The position numbers were made by a program, and so were the translations under genes. A stretch of DNA of 64,000 bases from Schizochytrium sp. TIO01 (Eukaryota; Protista; Bigyra: Labyrinthulomycetes): contig SMSO01000014.1 of assembly GCA_004764695.1 (NCBI GenBank), positions 1,235,648 through 1,299,647 on the forward strand, given 5' to 3'. Numbering within the stretch: position 1 is the stretch's first letter; every line of letters begins with the position of its first letter. The notes beneath the pieces are model-generated. The model searched no databases and was not told where the DNA came from. It saw only the letters and a list, made by a program, of their open reading frames with translations. Below are positions 56,964 through 64,000 of the stretch, piece by piece.

Positions 56964-59891
56964 TTAGAAGAGGCCTCCAAACCATTTATTGTTCTTCTCT
57001 TCACGCTCACGAAGACGACGTGCCATATCAGAGAAATTTCCAGCATTGTTGGAAAGGGCAGTTGATGCCTCACCCAGACGACTCAAGCGTTCGCCTCGTT
57101 CAAGCAAAGCATCACGGGTTTGACCTAAGGTAGTTTGAATTCCACGGGCACGATCGTTTGGATTGCTGGATCGTCTCTGTGCAACTGGTGCCATGCGATC
57201 TGCGGGCAGCTGACGTTGGGAGGAAGATGTCAAAGATTTAGGCGCTGCAGATGTTGAACTTCCGGGCAGAGCTTTAGCATGATTTACAGATGTTGACTTG
57301 GTGCTAGTAGATTCTAACGTGCGCAGATCCTGGACTAGCACAGTGTAAGATCGGCACAGGAAATTGAAGCAAGCATCACATACGCGCACTGGGCCCATGG
57401 TCTGATTATCTGTTGATCGCATTGTCGCATTCTTTGTTGTGCAATGCACACAAAAGCTCCGGGCGCAGCGTCGACAATGCTGACGCTTATCCAACATGCC
57501 GAAGGCGAACTCGCAAGCGCTGCAGGTGGAGCTATCAATGAAGTCGTTTGAGCTGACGGCAAAGGGAACACGGTGGGCTTGCTTGGGAGCAATATTAGCC
57601 ATACCTGACGGTTCAGAGCGGCTAGACCAATATGCTAAAGCCTCCGATGCGTCAAGATCAACTTCATGTAACGCAAGGGCAACATCATCCAAATCAAGCC
57701 TGGCACCGTACGAGACAAGCATATGAACACAATCACGGCAATCGTTAATATTGGCATTCGCGTGAGGGTTCATCAATGTTTTGCACAATAACCTTAAACC
57801 TGTGCACCGATGCTCGTCAGATTGTCGGACATTTGGGTTAGCGCCTTGCATCAAAAGCTTGCCCAGGATACCCAAATTCGGCTCTGTACTACCACAAATC
57901 ATAAGCAGAGCAGTCAAACCAATTCGTGAGGAGATTGTTTCTGTTTTAGCACCAATTTTTAGGAGCGAAGCCACGAGTCCTCCTTGATTTCTGCGCACAG
58001 CTATCATTAGAGCAGTCTGTCCATTCACATCTTCAACCTCGGTCTCTGGACCAAACCCTCCGACTTCTTCAATAAAAGCTGCAGCTTCGCTGGGATCGAG
58101 TGCAGGCTCGCTACATGCCACCATGAGAGGTGTGCGCGACTGCAAATCCTGGGCATCGACATCAACGTGACCGTTATCATCATCGTTAAGAAGCATTGAC
58201 GCGGTCATCACACGATGTCCAAGAGCCGCATAATGTAAGGGTGTCATTAAATCGTTGTCAACATCACTTGGCAAGGCTCCCGCACGTAAAAGTTGCGCCG
58301 CAGTAAGAGTTTGGCCGCCCAGACAAGCCAAATGTAGAGGCGACATACCATTATCATCAGCAATTGAGGCACGTTCTGGCCACTTGGCTAATATGCGACC
58401 AACTTCGTAGCTATGTCCCTCCAGCGCTGCGGACCACATTGTCCCACGACGAATTGTGTGCTCCCAGCCTCGTGCTGCAGCACGGATGGGGCGTTCAGAC
58501 TTGATGGCATCTTTAACAGACATGACTATCTGTTCGATCCACAGAAGTTTGTGAGATTCATCGCCTGCATCGAGAACAATCCTGTCTTTCGTTGCTTTGC
58601 ACATGACTTCGAGCATGGATACCATGACGAAATCAGGGGAAGATGAGTGTTTCGTAGGAACGGACTGTTGGGAGCGCCTACTAAACTTCCGTTCAATTCC
58701 TTCATCTTCATCAACATCCTTGCCATCTAAAAAGCTACCAAGACGGGCGTGATCTTGTCCACTTGTTGAACCTGCAGCGGCAGAGTGAGCAGTTTCACTG
58801 TCTTGATGGCGAGAAAGCCTAGCTTCACTTCCGCTGTCCATATGGCCCGAGCTTTTGCTATCCTCCTCATTTGCTGCTTCGTCTACGTCTTCATCGTCGT
58901 CTTCGTCGCTTCTATATGCATCCTGAAGAATCTCATCCTCAAAGACAAAATGCCCTGAGCCCATATCCCTTACAGATACGTCTAGAAGTTCAAAGCTTGC
59001 TATAGCTACAAGACGCCCAGTTGCGTTGCGCATTCGAGTAAGAACAAGGTAGTCATCAAAGATAAATGCTTGGAGCATTAGAGCAGGATCATCTTTAATT
59101 TTACCTGAGGAGATGGCTTCAACGAAGTCACGTACAGACTTCGCCTGTGTGAGGAGTGACTCTGGTGTACCCTCTCCTTCTGAATTCGATTTTGCAAGCG
59201 CTTTCGTCACCGAAATGCCTTTGCGTTTGAAATAGTCCCTGGTAGAGGATAAGAAGCCCTTTTTTTGCACTTTGCCAGACCCCTCGGATTGGGCATGTTT
59301 CGGTTTCTCGGCCGATGATGAAGACCTTCGTCGGTTTCTCGAGTCCGCAGATGAAGAAGATGTGTGAGTGGGAGAGGGTTCTTGTTGCGATGTGTGAACA
59401 CCCTTGTGCACCACAGCTCCGCGAACAAATCCGCCTTGAAAACAGAGCCTCCTTGCTGTGTTCTCTGGCAGAACCACCTGCTCAGTCTCGAAATCCATCA
59501 TTTCCAGTACTGATTTTGCCAATTCACGCTGTTGCTCCTTCGCAAATTCCTCCTGACGGATTTCTGACTCTGCCGCTTCATTTTCCATATCCAGAAATTT
59601 AGCAAAATCAGGCATTCCGTCATCGTCATGCTCGCCGTACTCGTTATCCATCGAAGATTTTGACATTCCACCTCCACCAGATGCCACAGAGTAATGAGAC
59701 GCTGCAGCTGAAGAGTGAATCGACCTGGCATCATCTCCGCTGGACGCAGCACGGCCTAAAATCTTCGCATCTTTTGCTCCTTCGTTATTGCCTCTGCTAG
59801 CATCAGCGTTGTGACAGCTGCCAGAGTTGCTGTTATCAGGTCCACTTTGCCCAGGCCGAGGGGGCAGTGGCGGCTCAAGGCCTTCCTCCAT
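56964..59891 (-). CDS. PH-like / ankyrin / FYVE / C-terminal R-SNARE-like coiled-coil protein
   Basis: GMSPLHLAC, MTPLHYAA, RTPLMVAC ankyrins; CSAC..KRQHCRRCARSFCVHC..RVCDAC FYVE; QTRDALLERGERLSRLGEASTALSNNAGNF. Confidence 0.88.
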   Translation of the reverse strand: MEEGLEPPLPPRPGQSGPDNSNSGSCHNADASRGNNEGAKDAKILGRAASSGDDARSIHSSAAASHYSVASGGGGMSKSSMDNEYGEHDDDGMPDFAKFLDMENEAAESEIRQEEFAKEQQRELAKSVLEMMDFETEQVVLPENTARRLCFQGGFVRGAVVHKGVHTSQQEPSPTHTSSSSADSRNRRRSSSSAEKPKHAQSEGSGKVQKKGFLSSTRDYFKRKGISVTKALAKSNSEGEGTPESLLTQAKSVRDFVEAISSGKIKDDPALMLQAFIFDDYLVLTRMRNATGRLVAIASFELLDVSVRDMGSGHFVFEDEILQDAYRSDEDDDEDVDEAANEEDSKSSGHMDSGSEARLSRHQDSETAHSAAAGSTSGQDHARLGSFLDGKDVDEDEGIERKFSRRSQQSVPTKHSSSPDFVMVSMLEVMCKATKDRIVLDAGDESHKLLWIEQIVMSVKDAIKSERPIRAAARGWEHTIRRGTMWSAALEGHSYEVGRILAKWPERASIADDNGMSPLHLACLGGQTLTAAQLLRAGALPSDVDNDLMTPLHYAALGHRVMTASMLLNDDDNGHVDVDAQDLQSRTPLMVACSEPALDPSEAAAFIEEVGGFGPETEVEDVNGQTALMIAVRRNQGGLVASLLKIGAKTETISSRIGLTALLMICGSTEPNLGILGKLLMQGANPNVRQSDEHRCTGLRLLCKTLMNPHANANINDCRDCVHMLVSYGARLDLDDVALALHEVDLDASEALAYWSSRSEPSGMANIAPKQAHRVPFAVSSNDFIDSSTCSACEFAFGMLDKRQHCRRCARSFCVHCTTKNATMRSTDNQTMGPVRVCDACFNFLCRSYTVLVQDLRTLESTSTKSTSVNHAKALPGSSTSAAPKSLTSSSQRQLPADRMAPVAQRRSSNPNDRARGIQTTLGQTRDALLERGERLSRLGEASTALSNNAGNFSDMARRLREREEKNNKWFGGLF

Positions 59892-61523
59892 CGCCGATAT
59901 GAGTTAAATATCCTTACCCAAAGAACCTTCAGAGCTGTCACAAGATCAATCGACCGGTCTCCAGCGTTCGACCCGCCCGTTCGATGGATTGAGGAGTTTG
60001 CGAATTGTGGTTTGGTGTTTGCTCGGTCAGGTTGGATTGATTTTAAAGATGAAATTATAAAAAAAATAAAAAATAAAAAAAAAAATCTTCTTCTTTGGCG
60101 AAAAGAGTTTCACTTCTACAGATTAGGTTATATATCGCTTTCACGTGTGCAAAAAGAGGCGATTCTGTAACTCACGAATCAAACTCGACAATCATGGGGC
60201 TGTTTGCACCTGTTCACTGCGCATTGGAACTTCAGAAACCTCGTGGGACTCATCTTTGCCTGACTGATGTTTGCCTGGAGCTGTCTGGATTACATACCAG
60301 AGCGCTGTACCGTGGATGAGAGAAAATCTGACCAAGTCAAACTCAGGTGTATCGGTGTATGTAAGTAAATATGTACCGCATTTCTTGACATGTCACAAAG
60401 TACTCTTGCAACTTATGGATCACCGATTGGATATGATGAATCGCGAAGAAACATGATCCTCGAGCTGAGTGCAGTTTTACATTTGTTTACGCTGCTGGGC
60501 CAAGGCATAGTTTTGAAAGATGCGACGTGTCGTCCTCTGATTGTCTAAAATGCACGATGTTGGAAATTATTGATGATTTCTACATTAGGTACCAATACGC
60601 TTTGATGGAGTTAAGGATGGTTTGCTTCGTGAAGTCTCAACCGCGTTTTCCACGCCAATTCATTCCTTATGATTCACTCAGCGTGTACCCGAGCCTCTCG
60701 ATTTCCGAATTTCGTGTGTGCAGAGTGCTCCTTCGCCAGCCCCTTTCTTGATAGGAACAATTTTATACTTATTTACAGCTGCATACCTAATTGCCAAACT
60801 TCATAAATAACTATGTGGTCGGCCTATACCTTTTCGACATCGTTTGTCTAGGAGACCCGCAGAGCTTCCTCGCGTCCGCTCCACTCCCCTATCACCGCCA
60901 TCGACTTTAAGCGAGCAGCTTTCTTTGTCTTGTCAATCCCTGAACATTGATTTGCAATGTCCCATTCTTCAATTCTGCCCTACGACCTGCCTAGGGACCT
61001 ACCTACCTTCCTACCTACTAGTCCTAGGTTTATGAGTAAAATGTGGCTATCGCTCTAGTTAGGCGAAACAGATAGCCTTAATTTAGCGTACTAATCACCA
61101 TAGTTGGTGATGTGAATGATATGCAAACACGAAGAAACACTCAGCAGAAACAGAAACAGACACAGACGCTCTCGCACGCTCGCTCTGCGGCTCGGGGTCC
61201 CGCAGCTGAGACTAGCGCAGAAGGTTTTCACTACTTTGATAGTGCGCTGGTGCCCAGGGATAGCTGGGTAGCAGCTTGACTGCGGAGAAGGCTGAACAGA
61301 CGCTCTCGATCTTGAACTTGGGCAAGAAAAGAGCTCCGAAGAACGGGGGAAAGCCTTGCCAAGGCAAAGGTGCCTGCGTCTTGTTCAAGCGCGCAGCGCT
61401 TTGGATATTCGCGAGATTTTCGGTTAAGTACGTGACTGCCTTTTTTTTAAAGATATTACCATCGTTCGGCATTTGCTTAGCCAAGCTAGTTTGAGCATAT
61501 TGTAGGGCAGGTGTCACGAGAAG

Positions 61524-62648
61524 ATGGACGATTTTGGAGGTCGCGAAGACGGCGATCCCTTCGGTCTGCCACCTGACGATAGCGAGGGTATAATTTTTCA
61601 GGACGATGATGGTGACATAATATTAGATGACGACGCTGATCCGTATCCTGAAAATGACATGAACGGATACAACGATCCAAGCGACCCTAATATGCATAAC
61701 CATCACGGCCCTCAGATGATGTCATCAGAGGGAATGAACCACGATAGCTTTCCGCAGGCGATGGATGATGGTCAAATGTATAACCAGCAGGTCTACAATA
61801 GGGATGAAGGTAATATTGATCAAAATTACCAAGGGCAGGATCAGCAGGAACAAATGCCTCAAGAGAGTTACCAGCAGCACCAACCTCAGCAAGGCCAGCA
61901 GGACCCCATGCAAGATCATCAACAGTCCATGCAAGATCATCATCAGCAACAACAACAGCCTATGCAACAGCCACAACCTATGCAGCCTATGCAGCCTGTG
62001 CATCATCATCAGCAGCAACAACAACAGCCATATATTCAGCAACAGTCTATGCAACCACCTACGCAACAACAGTCTATTCAGCCTTCTATGGACCAGAAGC
62101 AACAACCAAAACCACCTCAACAAGAAAGCCATGTTATTGATATGTCGATTGACAATGAGAGTGCTCAACAACAACAGTTTCAGACCAAGCAACAACAAGT
62201 GGCAGAGCAAGAACAAACACTTCGCAAGGAGCGTGTCCAGCGGTACACGGCAAAGCTTTCTGCGCAACAGGTGAAGGCTCCATCTCAATCTGACCCCAAT
62301 GAGCAAAGTCTCAAAGCAAAGAGTCAGGACTTGATTCGTATCTATAACGAGCTCGAAGAAAAGGTTCGCGCTCTGATGGTAACCTCATTAAACTCAAAGG
62401 GTGCACATGGCCCCTCCGGTCCTTTGGAAGAGGCAGAGGGTGCTTGCTTTACAAAGCTCTCCGAGCTTAACGCAATTTGTGATCAACTTCGACGTATTGC
62501 ACAACGGAAGCTTGATGTTCTTGCTGTAGAGAAGGTTCTTGTTCGTCGTGACGAGCAGGAACAACAGGAAGACCCTCAAGATGTAGTCAAGGGTAAAGCC
62601 GAGGCCTTGTGTATATCTCGCTCAGGGTTTCAGAAGGTTGTTTATTAA
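61524..62648 (+). CDS. Gln-rich protein with helical C-terminus (weak Mediator Med29-like resemblance)
   Basis: 374-aa ORF; acidic N-terminus, poly-Q centre, TKLSELNAICDQL. Confidence 0.7.
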   Translation: MDDFGGREDGDPFGLPPDDSEGIIFQDDDGDIILDDDADPYPENDMNGYNDPSDPNMHNHHGPQMMSSEGMNHDSFPQAMDDGQMYNQQVYNRDEGNIDQNYQGQDQQEQMPQESYQQHQPQQGQQDPMQDHQQSMQDHHQQQQQPMQQPQPMQPMQPVHHHQQQQQQPYIQQQSMQPPTQQQSIQPSMDQKQQPKPPQQESHVIDMSIDNESAQQQQFQTKQQQVAEQEQTLRKERVQRYTAKLSAQQVKAPSQSDPNEQSLKAKSQDLIRIYNELEEKVRALMVTSLNSKGAHGPSGPLEEAEGACFTKLSELNAICDQLRRIAQRKLDVLAVEKVLVRRDEQEQQEDPQDVVKGKAEALCISRSGFQKVVY

Positions 62649-63006
62649 AACCTAATGTACTTATTTTGAGGCATACCTCGTTTTCGGATTGCCGCATTAA
62701 GAAAGATCCTTGCAGGACCACTTCGAACAGTGAAAGTAAGGCAATTCTCCTCAAAAGAGAATGGTGGTGGACTAAGTGATTGTCAGGGTTTTAAAGAGAC
62801 ACATTTTATTTTTTCTTTGTACACGGGTTAGGCTGTATTGAAGACTGAGAAGAAGATACGATGTCGCCGTCATTTCTCAGGAAGAATATATACGTAAAGC
62901 ATCCTTCGTCTCACAATCGATAGAAGAATAAAAATAAAAAATACTCAAGTAATAGGTACCGACCCACAATACAATAAGAAACAAGAAGGAAATAAAACTT
63001 ATGTGA

Positions 63007-64000
63007 TTATGGTGAGCTCAGGTTTAGTTGTTCAAATTTAGGCGTCGTGTCGTCGAAGGACTCGCCGTTTTCCCGTTCTGGCTGTTCATCCTCATAGTCA
63101 GAATGGTTGTTGCCGTTAGGCTTTGTGGAGGATGCCTTTTTAGCAAAGTTGTTCACAATTTCCTCGAATGCCTGACACGAGATTTTGCCAAAGGCTTCAA
63201 AAATAAGGTGGAAAGTTCGGATTGGTTGTAAGTCGTCTGTTCTACCGCGAATTTCGTAGGCGATCTGATAGTTCTCTAACTCTCGATCCATGAGGAGGCT
63301 ACCAATAAGTGCTCCTTCATCGATGTCCCCCTTGCGTTCCTGTCGAAGGACAAAACCTGCGTTTCTATCAAGGATGAGTCCGATGCGGTCGCTTTTATTA
63401 CTAGTGCTTTCTGTGCCATCATTGGCGTAGACACTAAAGTTGTCTTGAATCTGAATCTCTAAAATAACACCAGTATTGTTTGCCTCGCGCTGCAACCAGA
63501 GCGAGCCAGATCCAAGACATACCAGGTCTTTCTGTCGATTTGCTTTCCTTGAAACAGACGCCACACGCCACTCGTATATCTCACCAGTAGCAATACGTGC
63601 TCGCTTGGTCTCCTCAGTTTCGAACCTCCTGCAGAACTCTTGACCAATTTGGACTGCCTCTGGAGAAGCGTTGATCGCGTGAGATGGTCTCCACGTGCCG
63701 TGGACCAAATTCACACTTGTCAGCGCTAGGTTTAGCAGATTCACACATGTCTTAAGATCCTCAACAATCTCTGCAAGGTCGCTCTCGATAAGCATTTCAC
63801 TCTGGCTACCATCATCCTCATTCTTGTCACAACCGTCATCATTTCCACATGCGCCATTTCTGCCCGAATTTGCATTTTTGCGGTTCCCATCTGAACACTC
63901 CCCGTCCACGCTTTCAAGCGAATCATCAAGACTGGCCTCAAGTTTTGTCGTGAGCTCCTCAAACCTCTGTAGCACACGGCGCGTGAACCAGACCGGCGAG
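63007..64000 (-). CDS. Hypothetical protein, possibly RanGTP-binding (Yrb30-like); probably 5'-truncated by window edge
   Basis: ORF of at least 322 aa; IVEDLKTCVNLLNLALTS..ASP weakly recalls the Yrb30 family. Confidence 0.6.
   Translation of the reverse strand, partial: SPVWFTRRVLQRFEELTTKLEASLDDSLESVDGECSDGNRKNANSGRNGACGNDDGCDKNEDDGSQSEMLIESDLAEIVEDLKTCVNLLNLALTSVNLVHGTWRPSHAINASPEAVQIGQEFCRRFETEETKRARIATGEIYEWRVASVSRKANRQKDLVCLGSGSLWLQREANNTGVILEIQIQDNFSVYANDGTESTSNKSDRIGLILDRNAGFVLRQERKGDIDEGALIGSLLMDRELENYQIAYEIRGRTDDLQPIRTFHLIFEAFGKISCQAFEEIVNNFAKKASSTKPNGNNHSDYEDEQPERENGESFDDTTPKFEQLNLSSP

Noticed and set aside
61725-62306. Leu-rich antisense ORF
   Set aside because: Shadow of the poly-Gln coding strand.

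Overview
Eukaryotic, intron-poor, gene-dense protist DNA. The gene content (TOP6A, CTNNBL1, TM9SF, VPS33) and style suggest a stramenopile, probably a thraustochytrid/labyrinthulomycete; this is inference. About 22 protein genes are mostly housekeeping. Five ORFs are split by single small indels, most likely long-read assembly errors. Standout elements: (1) a probable ~1175-aa protein fusing a HET/TIR-like domain, TPRs and a bacterial-type beta-class amino-DNA methyltransferase (DPPY...FLGTGS) at 14454-17980; (2) a decayed Fanzor2/IS607-TnpB-like gene (4020-5263) with its candidate omegaRNA downstream and a second, inverted, diverged copy of that RNA end about 2 kb upstream; (3) six tRNA-Gln(CTG) genes at ~174-bp periodicity with an atypical acceptor stem. 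Also present are a bacterial-like alditol oxidase, a CENP-Q-like protein and an ANK-FYVE-R-SNARE protein. All calls come from motif recognition by eye; no database searches were run.
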